Program-made: the position numbers and the translations under genes
From: Balanoglossus misakiensis
Lineage: Eukaryota; Animalia; Hemichordata
Assembly (NCBI GenBank): GCA_040954595.2
Contig: CM082594.2
Location: 2,374,247-2,438,246, forward strand
Direction: 5' to 3'
Length of the DNA: 64,000 bases
Part shown: in pieces, positions 37,120 through 51,500 of the stretch
Numbering within the stretch: the first letter of the stretch is position 1
Layout: the number at the start of each line of letters is the position of its first letter
Notes under the pieces: generated by a model
Databases searched by the model: none
What the model was told of the DNA's origin: nothing
The model's input: the letters and a program-made list of their open reading frames with translations, nothing else

Positions 37120-37555
37120 TAATGAACACCTATTGCCTGGCCATGAGGGCCATAGCGGCCGTTTATTACACCCGAGGGGCTGTGAGTTACCAGAATCATA
37201 TGCTATTTCCCGAGGCCGTAGGGAAATAGCATATGATTCTGGTAACTCACAGTCACGAGGGGGTAAAAACGGCTGCTATGGCCCGAATATAGGCCAGGCT
37301 ATAGGTGTTTTATAATAAACCTCATGCTAACAGCTGGGAAAATCTTGCAATTTTCTCTTGAGGCTGGCAGACGACATCTTCAGGGGTGGCCATTGTGTCA
37401 GACGACGCGACGCTGATTGACGTGACCACGTTGGTCACGTGACCGGTTTATATTTTTTCTGCTATTTCCCTAGCGGTTCATAGTCGATTCTATTTTCCTA
37501 TCACGTGACGGATTCTGGCGAATCACGGCACAGTATTAGCATGAGGTATATTATA
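37120..37555. mobile_element. Hairpin element, inverted copy of 24810-25205
   Basis: Reverse-complement match, e.g. TCACGTGACGGATTCTGGCGAATCACG..AGTATTAGCATGAG. Confidence 0.6.
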
Positions 37556-37877
37556 ACGAAATATATACAAGCTATGGGGCAGAACAGATTGATACATAGA
37601 TTTAATATATTTAATTTTTCATATGACATGAGTTGTACATTGGCAAATTGAAATATAGGTCATCCATTTATTATAAGTCTCTAATTTTGTAGATTTACGC
37701 ACGAACCAGTGTGTGTGGCTGGTAACAGAAATGTGTTCAGGAAAAAGCAGCAAATTTCTCCAGTCGTGTACATATTTTTCACATTCAACAGTGTGTGCAA
37801 ATGCCCAATAAAAGATAATTTGAAAGGGAAATAATGAGCACTCTAATGTGTTGATAAAACTGAAGTGTATATGTTAA

Positions 37878-38187
37878 AGGGACAAAGTCTCTCTCTCGCT
37901 GCCCTTTTACCATTAATTATGTTTCATACAAAACACTGTTTATGTTAATGTACATGTGGAGATATAGTGAATCAACGTTCGACCACACACAACTTCCATC
38001 CAGCTTGTATGATATGAGAGTAAAAATCACGATTATTCATTTTGGCAAGATTTTCACTCTCATATCCTACAAACGGGATGGAAGGTGTGTGTGGTCGAAC
38101 ATTGATTCACTATATATCCACATGTAGAATAACATAAATGGTGTCTTGTATCAAACATAAGGGCAGTGAGAGGGAGACTTTGTCCCT
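37878..38187. mobile_element. AGGGACAAAGTC MITE
   Basis: TTAA flanks and both termini. Confidence 0.82.
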
Positions 38188-39439
38188 TTAACATCCTATG
38201 TGAATGTTGTTGGTAAGGGTTATACATAAGAACAAAAATATAATGCAATGTAATTTGTCATGTTATTGAAAGAAGAACACTGAAGCAAATGAATCATGTT
38301 GGTGAGAATTTACAAAGAAATGTACAAGTGTCATAGCTTCAATGCCACTGCTGTGTATTTTATTAAGTTTATGTATGTACTATATTCTGTGATGTTTTTA
38401 GTTTGGCTTTTGGTTATTAATTATTAGAAAAGAAGATTTGGTGGTGTAGGGCTACACTTTCAACAAGTCAGTATGACCAGTTGTTTATTTCATGAATGAG
38501 TAGATCTGTTTGATTTTAAAGGGCATGGTATCAGTAACAGTTGGGTATCATTTGTATTTTCTTACATGAATTAAAACAAGAGTTACAAAGTGTGCACGTA
38601 TTGTTTCGCTATCTTCTGCTTTGTTCATCGATCTTTGACACACTCAACAAACGGCATTCCTATGTAGTGGTTTACATGATGTGTATTACAACGCCTGGTC
38701 TAGGGGTTTTTTTTTTTTTGGTCTCATCTTGTCCTGTACTGAGTTTTGCGACTCCCCATGATATCAAGGGGGTTCAGCCTGGACAGTTTACGGCGGTGTA
38801 GCACCTGTGCTGAGCCTGGGCCGGTGTATTAAAATAACAAATGTGGACACGCAGTGTTGGCCTGGGGGCGACTTACTTTCTTCTCTGCAGGAAGGGGGAT
38901 CATAGCCGACTTAAAATGTTGGCTGATGCAAATTCGCGTGTGCGGACGCGTGACGTAGTTGACGCCTTCACGTGTAATGCAGCATGTAAAATAGCAATTC
39001 GTAACTGGAGCATGTAGGAGACAAAATCTCAGGCGGCCTAAATTCAGGTACCAGTATAGTGTGGACGCGACCCAAACGTATTTTCCAAATGACAGTTACT
39101 ATATGTCGCCCTATATATATTAGTCGGATTGACGAATGTGAGCGACTTACGTTATCTTACGCTGCTAATATCGGAATCAATAAGTATCATCATTGGCATA
39201 TAAGTTTTTTCTCTGTAACATTTCAAATTATGAAAATTTACCGTGTCATATATCCTTGCAAAAAAAATTAGTGTCCCCTTCTCCTGACTCGTACTGAAAA
39301 TGAAGTGGCCTCCCCCAAACCATTGCGTGAAAAATAGCAACTCTACACCAAAATCGCACCAGCTTCTCCCCCTTTTAATTCTGACAAGGCCCTCAGGGAG
39401 TCTGTGGTCGGGCCAACGAAAACAAAATACATTGTAACT

Positions 39440-39968
39440 GTAAACTGCAGTTTCGAGCCTTTTATTTTACAAAATTTTCTAATGTGGCGGGGGGACACCC
39501 CCTCCCACATCCACCCCTTCATTCTTCGTCACATTTCATTTGTTGGCTTGTTTGTCTATTGTACCAGGGCAGAGAACTTGCCACCCCACCCAACAAAAGT
39601 AAAATTTGTCCTCCCCAACATTGAGTTCATTTGCTTTTGAGTTCATTAATAAAATGCAACTTTGAGCTCCGTATTTTACAAAAATTTCTTAGGTGGGAGG
39701 GGGACACCCACCCCTTTCACTTCTATTGCATACAGTGTACATAAGATCAGGGCGGCGAGCAGGCTCTTGGAAACAAGCTTTTTTTCCCTCCACAGGTAGT
39801 TGTGTAATGTTTTCGGGGGGGGGGGTCATCGTTTTTTTGCCTGTCAGAGGGGGGGGGGGTCATCACTTTTTGGTCCTGGGTGAAAGGGGGTCTGCCTGAT
39901 TTTGAAAACCGATGACACATACTTGCCTACTCCCCCCCCCCCCCCAGCCGTAAAAACTGAACGGTCCC
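39440..39968. mobile_element. Harbinger-like element, truncated inverted copy
   Basis: Ends CCGTAAAAACTGAACGGTCCC-TAA; matches the reverse complement of the 18343-19473 element. Confidence 0.72.
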
Positions 39969-40339
39969 TAATTGTAGCCTTGGTGGGCTGGTTTGATCGC
40001 GTTGATGGCCCACCTATTGCAGTTAACTATTAGTAAACACTTTAGACTCTGCATGTTCGTATTCGAAGTTTGAAAATTGAATTAACAACTTCGATATTAA
40101 CACCCTGATCCTAATCTCTCGATAAAGCCGACATATTTGAAAGTGGCTGCTTTTTAGTGGTTTGTTAGACTGCTTCTATAGCGGTTTGCTCTTCAAAATA
40201 ACGTCAAAAAGTGAATTTTGTTGGTCTCGAAATAGATCCGAATTTTAGCTGGCCACAAGGTACCCATGGATCAAATTTACCTGTCACGGGTGGTGGTTTG
40301 CATTTTGCTGCATGTTGTATATACATGCAGTAGAATAGA

Positions 40340-41485
40340 GAGAACATTACCTCTAACTGCAGCATCGATGTCACTGCTTATAGCGTTTGAGTGGTTGTGA
40401 GCTTATTGTGCATTACGTGACGCTTTCACATGCGCACAACGAGCGGTAATCGCATTTCTATATACTTAATCGTTGTTTTGTTCGACTTGATTATTGCAAG
40501 TTTGTATCACAGTAACGTGAGAGTGATTTGTATACGTTTTCCTGGTGATCAATGTGGTGCATTTAATCATCTGATATTGGTGAAGGCAGATGTTGGGAAT
40601 TAAAACTAAATCCCCAGCAGATATGGCGTTGCCAAATGTCGCCCATTTTCCAACCACTATTGTCTGATTTTTCAATTTCAGAAATTATTTTGTATATAGA
40701 TTTGTCCCCGCGTCCTCGCAAGATATGATTGGAATCTCTATAACCTTTCGGACATATTTTTCACGTGCATTAATAAAATCGTCGAGATTAATTTAATTCC
40801 TGATGTGTCAATATGATTTTAAAATGTACGAAGGCTTTTGATGACACAACTAGTATTTGTTTATGTCATACCTGTAATTTTTATTTCATAACTGTTAATA
40901 GAGGACATTACACCAGTCTTTCAGCAGTTAGCTTATCCTAACTGCTGCATCGAGAATGATTTAAAACAACGATCGTTTTCAAAAGTACAGATGATGAACA
41001 TGTTTGATAAATACAGCTAGTGTCATTGCTCATGGCGTTTGAATCGTTTTAAGCTTATTGCGGGTGACGCTTTCACGTATGGACAACGAGCGGTAATCGC
41101 ATTTCTATATATTTACTCGTTGCTTTGTTCGACTCGGTTATTGTAAGTTGGTTTATATAAGTTTCCCTAGCGATCAATGTGGTGCATTTAAGGCAGATGT
41201 TGGGAATTAAAACTAAATCCTACAGAAGATATGGCGTCGCCAAATGTCGCCCATTTTATTATTTTGAAATTCTGATTTTTCACTTTCAGATATTGTTCCC
41301 GGGTTCTCGCAAGATATGACTGGAATCTCTTACCTTTCGGGCATATTTTCGCGTGCATTAATGAAATCATCGAGATTTAATTCCTGATGTGTCAATATTG
41401 TTTTAAAATGTACGGAGGCTTTTGATGACACAGCAGTATTCTTTTTAATTAGGCCTAATATCTGTTATTTTTATTTCATAACTGT
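40340..41485. repeat. Imperfect tandem duplication of ~560-590 bp upstream of the sulfotransferase gene
   Basis: Shared blocks (ACAACGAGCGGTAATCGCATTTCTATATA; AAGGCAGATGTTGGGAATTAAAACTAAATCC; AATTCCTGATGTGTCAATAT) occur twice in the same order. Confidence 0.8.
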
Positions 41486-43179
41486 AACATAAATGTCATG
41501 TGTCAGTTTCAGATAGAATTTAACTTCGATTATATCAGTACGTGTTGGCCATGCCATCTTTAACATAGTCTATTCTACCAAAATATGCAGCTTTACATGA
41601 ACGTTATCCTGTAAAATGATTTCTGCAGAAAAATGGGAAAGCACTAATCCCGGTAGTTTGTTCTGTGCAAACTTTAAGAAAGTCCACTCAGTTGGTACTG
41701 CATACATGTTTGGGGGGGGGGGGGGGCAGGAAAATAAGCGTTAGCATGCGTGCCGATGATGATAATCATTGCGGTGCGTTTTATTGGCTGATATCGAAAC
41801 CGCAGATGTTGCATTGATAATAATACTTATGGAAGCCCATTCAGGTAGAAACGGCCTTTCACTGACTTCTGGTCTGACTTTCAAAATGATCAGACGCTAT
41901 TTCTCCGTACGAGCGACTGTGGGTTTAATTATTGTGTTGTCTTTGGTGACGCTTGTCAGAATTAGCTCCATGGCCAGGTACAAGTCCGGAAGGGAAAGAC
42001 ACAATAGTCACCACGACGATGTAGCATCACAGCGATCTCTGGAGGAGAAAATGGACAATAGTGGACACAGAGGTGTGTACAGATTTCCATAGCACTGTGC
42101 CATGTATTTCTGCGCAATTTGTCTCCTTTGACCATCAGCATGCAGTAACTTCCCATCTCGTTGTTGCCGCCCATTTCCCCCACAAATTTTGAACTATTTT
42201 GAAGGAACTACGGTATATGTTTGTTAACAGTGAACTCTAGGCCGAATGTTAACCTTACCTTAGGATTACATTGTAAGTTGTGGTGATTAGCTGAATAATG
42301 TCCGTTTCACACACAAAACACATTTCAATAGTGCAAAAGTGGACGGTCATCTTTCAATTGCAACGTGAACTTTTAAATTAAGCGACTGTGTCGGACTATA
42401 ACATAGATCCGGCTTGCTGATGTACTAATAACAAAATCCTGATCCATATCTACAATTTGCTTTGTGTTCAATTTAGTACAGTACGTGACAATGATCGTTG
42501 ATAGTATAGTCCAGGCGAGCCTCAGTCTAAGACCGTCCATGTAAATTCAAGTTGACACAACGATCTAAATGTCTGACGAGGAGAAGTACCCACTATTGGG
42601 AGAATCAGGGATTGGGAACGACGGGTCTAAAACATAACACGCCCAGATTATTGCACTGTTTGAACGTTGGTCAAGATCAGAGCTTTACTATTATTTTGAA
42701 TAATAGCTTGACAGCATGAACAAGTCAATCTCCGGAGTGTTTCTGGCCCACGGTGAAATGGGAAACCATCAATACGTACATGTACATGTGTGTACGAAAT
42801 AAAGCCTTCCGACAGTCCGAGACTGGTTGTTTTTCTGTAGGACTGGTAAAAATAAAATGTTACCAGTCTGACAGACAGGTTGAATTAAGCATGGGAGTTG
42901 ACCAGTGGTATCATGGCATCTTTTAGACTTTCCCCAGTTCATGTATTGCAAATAAAAGAAACAATGATGTAAAAGCTGGAAAATTATCAAATCAAAGTAA
43001 TGTTAAGAGAAATATGATTCCATCCCATATTCAATTGTTCACAGATAAGGTAATATATACTCAGTTGTATTTGATTTACATTTAATTGTAAGGCATAATA
43101 TCAGGACTGGTAAGTTTTTGGCAGGACTGGCAACTTTTTGAAGTTGCCAGTCCTGGTGACTGGTTGATATTTCCTATGA

Positions 43180-43497
<318 letters not shown>

Positions 43498-44571
43498 TAA
43501 GTAACCCTGGGACGAACACACGCACAGTCTACATTGGGCAAATCATATACGTGAACGTGCGCTCAGATACACGCATACACTAAAATGTCTGGACATCTCG
43601 AACAGGTATACAAAAAGCATGCAGGTGCTAACAGATTATTTACAAGCATCCCGAAAACGTAAGCGCTGAAATACAAAGTGGAACTGTTTTAGGAAAGTCA
43701 GCTAGCCTTATGAGCTCAGCTGTAACTCGACCAAAAAGATTTTAATCTTTAAATAATGCTTTTCATACTGTCTGATACTGGGTCTATATCAAGAGAGAGA
43801 AAAAAGTTTTGAAGCTTTACATTCTCTCGGATATGCTTTTCATACTGTCTGATAGTGGGTCTATATCATTTTCCCTGTGGTACAATCATCAAGTCTTTTG
43901 TGAACAAAATAAATTATGCTGTCTCCATGTGAAAGCGTACATTTTCAATTATCTCTGATTCTCACACGAACCATGGTTGATACGCAGAATGAAAATACTG
44001 AAAAACCAACAACAAAGTTAAATTTAGTGGACTTTAATTTAATGAAGATCTCTCCATTTAGGATTCCTCGGCGAGTTGGAGGACCACATGGCCGGTACTA
44101 CCCTAACAGTAAAAACGCACAATTCCGGACGTTTACAGAAAAATTGCACCGCAGCCATTCTGCTCATGCGCAGTCCAAGTGATGTAATTATTTGCGAGAG
44201 AAATAGGCAAACAGAAAGAGGCCATGTTGGAGTTGCCACGTGGACGAGTAACTTAAAATATGATCCAGGTAAATGTATATTTTATTGGAATTAACCTTCT
44301 CAATTTCTGGGAAAGTTCAGCGGTTTACATGTTGCGATGCTGCATGTGACGATTCTCAAAGCAAAGGGGACGACAAAAACTTGATGACGTCATAACTGTT
44401 CCGATTACATTGTTTTGAAAAAAAAAGGGTAGGTCGGTCGGCAATTTTTTTTGTACTTATTTTTTTATATCTTTGGCCGCCGTAGTGTACTGAAGTACTG
44501 AAGAATTTCGTCGTTACAGATATGCCGACAGTGTCACCCCACGGTGCTTTAACGAAATTTGCACGAATTAA

Positions 44572-45421
44572 GGGACCGTTCAGTTTTTACGGCTAGGGGT
44601 GGGCCGGCAAGTTTGTGTCATGGGTTTTCAAAATCAGGCTAAACCCCCCCCCCCTTCACCCAGGACCAAAAAATGATGACCCCCCTCTTTTGACAGGCCA
44701 AAAAATATGCCCCCCCCCCAAGCCAAAAACATTCACCGTCCTGATCCTATGTACACTGTATGCAATGAAGGGAATGAGGCTTCCCACACCTCAATTATAC
44801 ATTTCTTAAAGTAATTGAAGTATATAATAGTATATCGTTGCAATACGAATGAATTATGAATAAATTAAAATGACAAGTCAATACAATAGTTGGTAGGATT
44901 GGTAAAACAAGAAAAGTGGCATTTTAATGAACTCAAAAGCAAATTAACTAAATGTTAGGGAGGACAAATTTTACTTTTGCCACTCAATGTTAGCATCGGT
45001 GGGGGTGGGGTGGGCAAGTGCTATGCCTTGGTACGCTAGATGTGGTGAAGAATGAAGGGGTGGGTGTGGGAGGGGGTGTAAAATATCGGGCTGAAAGTTG
45101 CATTTTAATGAACTCAAAAGCAAATTAACTCAATATTGGGGAGGACTAATTTTACTTTTGCCACTCCACTCAAAGTACACATCGGTGTGGTGTGGTGGCA
45201 AGTAGTCTGCTGAGTCGTACACTAGACAAACCTGCCAATAAATGAAATGTGGCGAAGAATGGAGGGGGTGGGTGTGAAAATTTTGTAAAATAAAGGGCGC
45301 GAAACTGCAATTTTGTGGACTCAAAAGTAAAAGTTGTGTGGCAAAAGTAAGTGACCCCCCTAAACGTTTAAAAAAAACGATGACCCCCCCCCTTTTGGAC
45401 TTCAAAATTTAAGTGACCCCC
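44572..45421. mobile_element. Harbinger-like element in sulfotransferase intron 3; right TIR lost
   Basis: TAA-GGGACCGTTCAGTTTTTACGGC; collinear with 18343-19473. Confidence 0.75.
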
Positions 45422-47393
45422 TGGTCGGTCGTTGGCGATGCAAATCTTCGTGACAATGGGTATTAATTCATCGTCAATTTGGAGGTTCCTAAATGTGCGC
45501 ATTTATTTTACTTTTCGTTACATTGCAGCATGGGAAAGGTTCGTTAACAAAATTCTGGAAGCCTACATACGAGTGAACCGAGGCTTTTATGAGCTGGAAG
45601 TACCCAAGTTGTTGGTTCACTTCGAAAAGATGAAAGAAGATCCCTTGGCAGAAGTGACTCGCATTGTGGAATTTCTTAACATGTCCATGAGCGAGGACAG
45701 GGCGATGTGTGTAAAGAACAACGTCGAGGGCAATTTCCACCGTCAACATTCCGAAAGCCAATCACCATATAACACCTTCACGCATGCCATGAAATGTGAC
45801 ATTCTGGCCACAATGGAGACCATGTCTGAATTCCTTGTCGAGCAAAATTTGGAGCCGATGCCATGCCTACAGGAAAGCCCTGTATCCAGCTGCGAGATGG
45901 TCCAGAATATGATCGCATCAAACTTAAATTGCCAAGAATCTGGTTTATAGGCAACTTTAGGGGTGACCAGACCTTCATTGGAACGCACACTCCCAACACA
46001 CTCTCCATATACTTCTGTATATTGCAGTCTTAGTTTAAAACTACAACTTACGATTTTAAGTCCATATTGACAGAGGGAAGTCCATATTGACAAACTTCAA
46101 CTTAAATCTCTTTGCCCCAAACTCTGATCCAATGAAGCCAGGGAAAGACAAGCGTGTATATGACCAATTTTATGATGCAGCCAGAGAATGTCAAAAATGC
46201 TAAAACATGTTTTAAGTTTGATACAGTATAGATTTAATAAGAATGAATAAATGCATCATAGTTTATTAAAATACATTTTGGCATTGCTTTGTTAAATAGA
46301 GTATTATGCATTGTGAAATATAGTCTGTTTAAAAATTAAAAATGATATTTTGTCACTGAATATATGTACAAAGGATGACAAACACTATCGGTGAATACAT
46401 GTATATATATAAGAATAGGTTTTTGCTACCTAGGTGAGAGATAAAAATCTGTGGTTGACAGAATTTGAAGGGGGATTTCTGTCATTACAGAATACGACAA
46501 TCAATCTTTGAAATAAACATTTCTCTGGTAATTAGTACTGAGCTCAAAATCCCTTCAAAGTATATATTTTCTGCAAGCTTGGATTTCAAGGAATATTTTG
46601 GTTGCTTCAGGGTGATCATTGTTTACAGAACTATCATGTGACAGGCAATTAAAATACCTCTTCAGTTTTCTCAATGTCTTGTTAGGTCCCATTTGGCATG
46701 TATGTATATACCATGGCACCTTATGGAATCAGTTTCATCTGTCTGTCTGTGTGTGTGTGTATGTCCGTCCAAATCAAGAACTTGAAAACTGCAGTGCATA
46801 TCACCTCAATATTTGGTGTGAAGATGCATGTCAACCTCATAATTTATGCAAATTATTATTCACATCAAAAGCCATTAGACACAGGTGCCAGACGTCTAGC
46901 CACCTATCTTTTTTTTATGTTCATTCGCAGAATTCATTACCCACCCTGGTTAGACCAGATGGTCAGGGCTTTAGAATAATGGGACCAGTTTCAAGTTGTG
47001 AATGTTCATGGTATTAATGAGGTTCTTAAGAATATTCACGTCACCAGAGAGCCTGACAAAAACGCACTTGAACTAAACCACTATATGTCAATTTGCATAT
47101 GAATGTTTTCACTTTAACAAACACTTCAGTTTAATGAACGTTTTGTATGTCCCCCATTATAGCAAAGCTCCACTCTATATCAAGATAACACTTATTTTAA
47201 ATGACACAATTTAAAAAAAAGGAAAATGCAATGTCTCAGTAGAGTTTCATGGTACATTGTGTTGTGCGTCGATTCTCAGTGGGAAAAGGCCACGCCCACA
47301 TATCCACTGAACCTTGTAATTAAAGTCGCACCCAGTTTTTGGCCAGGTGTCTTGTCAGAAAAAAAATCTGACAGAAAAACCTGACAGATTTTA

Positions 47394-48159
47394 AGGGACA
47401 AAGTCTATCTTTTTCACGTCAAAATCCATTAAATACGTACTCCAAGTAACCCATACGATGAACACACATGGCTTGAAGAATACCACAAACTGTTTTTGCC
47501 CTTTAGGCTAAGATTGGATTAAGATCTCAGCTGGCCATACACATGATTTGAACCAGCCGCCATTTTGAACCTGGCTCAGTGGCAATCGCTGAGTGAATTC
47601 CGACTTGAAGAATCAGCATGAGCCGATTATTTTACAATTTCATAAAGATGACGTTCCTAACCTCGCTGTAATTTACTGCGACATGATTTAGAATGATCAC
47701 AGAATCTGACTTCATGTAGGCGTACACGCTGTGTCTTCGTGGGATAACGCGACACATACACAGTGAATATACGCGTGCACACAACACTAACAGGGACTGG
47801 GACTGGGAACTAGCAACCCGCCGTTGCCTTTCCAATGCCAAAGAAAGGTTGATTCCGAGAGAATGCTTTATCTCACCTATAGTTTTCTGAGCCCGCTTAC
47901 GTTTTTGTGCTGATGCAGTGAGTTGTGGGCAACCATGTTTATGTTTACCAGAGGCGTGAGCTGACGCTCGATTAATAAACGGTAAAGACCGATTATTCAT
48001 TTTGGCGAGTTTTTTACTCTCGTGTCTACAAGTGAGATGGAAGTTTGTGTGTGGTTGAACATTGATTCACTATATATCCACATGTAAAATAACATAAACC
48101 GAGTCTTGTATCAAACATAATTAATGGAAAAAGGGCAGCGAGAGAAAGACTTTGTCCCT
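47394..48159. mobile_element. Asymmetric ~770-bp non-autonomous Kolobok-like element; possible progenitor of the palindromic MITE
   Basis: Short TIR AGGGACAAAGTCT, a unique left part, and a ~185-bp right arm matching one half of the MITE; TTAA at the right end. Confidence 0.7.
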
Positions 48160-48580
48160 TTAATGGTATATTAAAACATGTGTAGGCCTTTTGAAATTGG
48201 GGAAGAATACTGGTTAATGAATGTCTTATACAGCCCAGAGATTTGCCGGTATTACAAATTTCAGATAATTTGAGACAATTTTGATCTGTCCTTCAAAATT
48301 TTGCATGGAGACTCCCTATTCTTATTTTAAAATTTCAGTGAGAATATCCTAAAGTTGCCTTGATTTTAGAGGCGCAGTCTACGTTTATTCCTGATGAGAG
48401 AGATGATGTACAGATAGGCAATTGAAGGCAATGCAGTGTTCTCCCCAGAGCAATTAATTAAAGCATGATGGCCGCCACTCTTTAATTTTGAGAAGACAAT
48501 ATAACTTAAGTAACATAACAATTGATTGTATTGTTATGCAAAATAGTCACCATGGAAATCATGGGGAGGACACTGCAATG

Positions 48581-51500
48581 CTATTTCAGATCTGTTCTCT
48601 TTGTATTCGGTAGAAATACAGTGATGATTCCACCAAAAACCATGAGTAAAGCCACTGCCAGAATTGGAACAGCACAGTGTAGATCGATGAAGACACCAAA
48701 GACTAGATTGGCCAAGATGGCTGCCACTCTGTTGACTACCGATTGCATTCCAACTGCAGTTGCCCTAAAAAGGAAAAAAAAGCAATAAAATTATTTATAT
48801 GAAAGTGTGAAACCATATACATATGAGATATGTTTATATTCCTTGCTCTAATCTCAAAAATACAGAAGTTGAAAACACAGAAATTCATAACGAAATGTTT
48901 TAGTAGTCATACTAAATGTTTGTAGCAGAAACTATAAAGTGTGAAGATGTTGAACAAGTTCTGTTAACTACAAAAATAACTATCAAATACAGGAAAAATA
49001 TCATCTTTTCAAACTTGTAAATCTTCTTACTCATACATGACTGTACTCTGGTGAAAGGCTACAGCAATTAGACTGTTTGAAATCATCTGGCCTGAGGACT
49101 TTGGAAACAGCCATCATGCTGATCACATGCTTGGCAGGTGACTTTACATTGCACCTTCAGTCAAATATGATAAAATGGCAGCCACTTTCCTTTATGCAGC
49201 AAGTGGTAAGAATGGGGCAGGGGCTTAGACCAACAAACACCTAACCTTTTCAGCTGTATTACCGTACTCCATAATATACACCAAGTATTAGTAAACAACC
49301 AATAAAAGAATATCAGAGCCTCTGCCCATTGTTCTCCGTACTGCTCATATTTACCTCATATGAGTTGGATAACATTCTACACCAATAACGTTGAGGGCTG
49401 CCCATCCAATCACAGAGATACCTCCAAATATGCAAGACATTGCTAAAACTTGAGCGCGGGTGTTTAAAAACCATATGAAAAACACACTGGCACCAGAAAT
49501 GAGAAGGCTGCCACCTATATGGAGTAAGAAGAAAAAGAAAGGGAAAATTCTTACTTTTGGTTACTCTATTCCCTGCCTGTTGTAAAACACTTTATTTTCG
49601 CGAGCAATAAATTTTTGCGAAATACACGAGAGCCAAAAAAGCATGAAAATAAAAAGTCGCGTAATTTTTTTTGAAGATAACGATGCAGTGAATGAGATAA
49701 GAGAACGCGAAAATTAATACTCGCGAAACAGTGGCCTCTCACGATATCACGAACATTTTAACTCGCAAAAATAAAGTGTTTTACAGTATCATACCAGCTG
49801 ATGGTGATGCTGCCCAATTTATTTGAAGTGTAATGTATGATATTTGGAGGATGGGAGACCAGAAAAGCCATGGCAAGCACAAACATCACAATGATTCAAA
49901 AAAGATTGTAGCTGCAATTGCATGTGTGCCAGTACATGTCTGCACCCAGAAAACATGAAGAGATAAATTTTAGGAATTTTCCTCGAAGACAACATTTCTC
50001 AATTGAGGAATTTGGCCATTTACTGGACGTAAAATTAACATCCGATTTTTAGCTTTCTTAAAATCCGGAAATATCATACAGATACAATTTTTTTTTGCAT
50101 ATATGTGACACAATGAAATACAATGAATCCTGTCTCACTCCAAAAGAATAACATACTTCATTACAATGTATAATTCAAATTGATTCTCACCCAGTAAGAC
50201 TTTCCTTCCAAGCCTATCCACAGTAAGAACAGCAAAAAGATTGCCTGGAAAGTTGGAAAGTGCAGTGATAAAGCTATCCATGTAGATGGCACTATCAGTT
50301 GAATTAGAGGTAAAATTACTGGGGACTTCAGAACACGCTGATCCTCCATTAACTTCAACTCTTTTGAAGATTTCAGGAAACCACAACCACAAACCATAGT
50401 AGCTGGAGGGAAGACAAAATGACTTCAGTGAACAGTTGAATCATGCAAGAGATCTCACTAATTTCATAAATTTCATAAATTTTTCAGCACAACTGCTTCC
50501 AAATTAAATTAAAACAAAATAGCAAACAGTGCATGGTATGTCGTCACTGGTGTTGAATTGATTGCTCTTTCAATATAATAATATGGCTGCCACACATTAC
50601 AACTTACCATAAATCCAGCTGATTCGTTCAATATATTAAGCAATGAGTTTGAAGACATACCAGTATTATATGGCAAATTTGACATGTAAAAATGTCAATG
50701 ATTACTGATAACTTGGACTTACCCAAATGACAAAGTAAAAATTATACTTAAAAGGCATGCAGAAATCTGCAGTTGTGGTGGTATGAATAACTTCTTTGTT
50801 GTCATGAAGATACCCAGGAGATTCCGCTTGATTTGACTTCTACAAGATAATTTACTTTCAGACACCTTGCGGGCTTCAGCTGATGCCTGTAATAGTTTCA
50901 CCTGCAACACAAGACAATGTTAGTGTAGACGTTTTCGTAGCGCAGATGTGAGGAGAGATGCATGTTATTCTTGTGGATACATGTATATATAGTGAATCAA
51001 CGTTCGACCACACACAACTTCCATCTCACTTGTAGACACAAGAGTGAAAAAACTCGCCAAAATGAATGATCGTTCTCTACCATATATACTCTCATATCCT
51101 ACAAGCGGGATAGAAGTTGTGTGTGGTCGAACATGATTGACTATATTATATCCACATGTAGAATAACACTAATGGTGTCTTGCATCAAACATAATTAATG
51201 GCAAAAATTCAGCGAGAGAGAGACGTTTACAGTCTGTAAACCCTGATTGTCACTCTTGATAAATTATGAAAAGAAAACTGAGACTTACAGGATAGTCAGT
51301 TTTCTGCTTTCTCCTGTTGTTGTAAAGGTATATTCTTCTCATCACATTCAAGGCCTTTGTTTCTTCACCATTCTGAAAACAACAGCATTAGTGGCATTAT
51401 GCTTCCATTTTGATTTAAAGGGACAAAGTCTCTCTCTCGCTGCCCTTTTTTCCATTAATTATGTTTGATACAAGCCACTGTTTATGTTACTGTACATGTG

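Noticed and set aside
43756-43868. 36-bp direct repeat in sulfotransferase intron 2
   Set aside because: Only two copies; a simple local duplication with no evidence of function.
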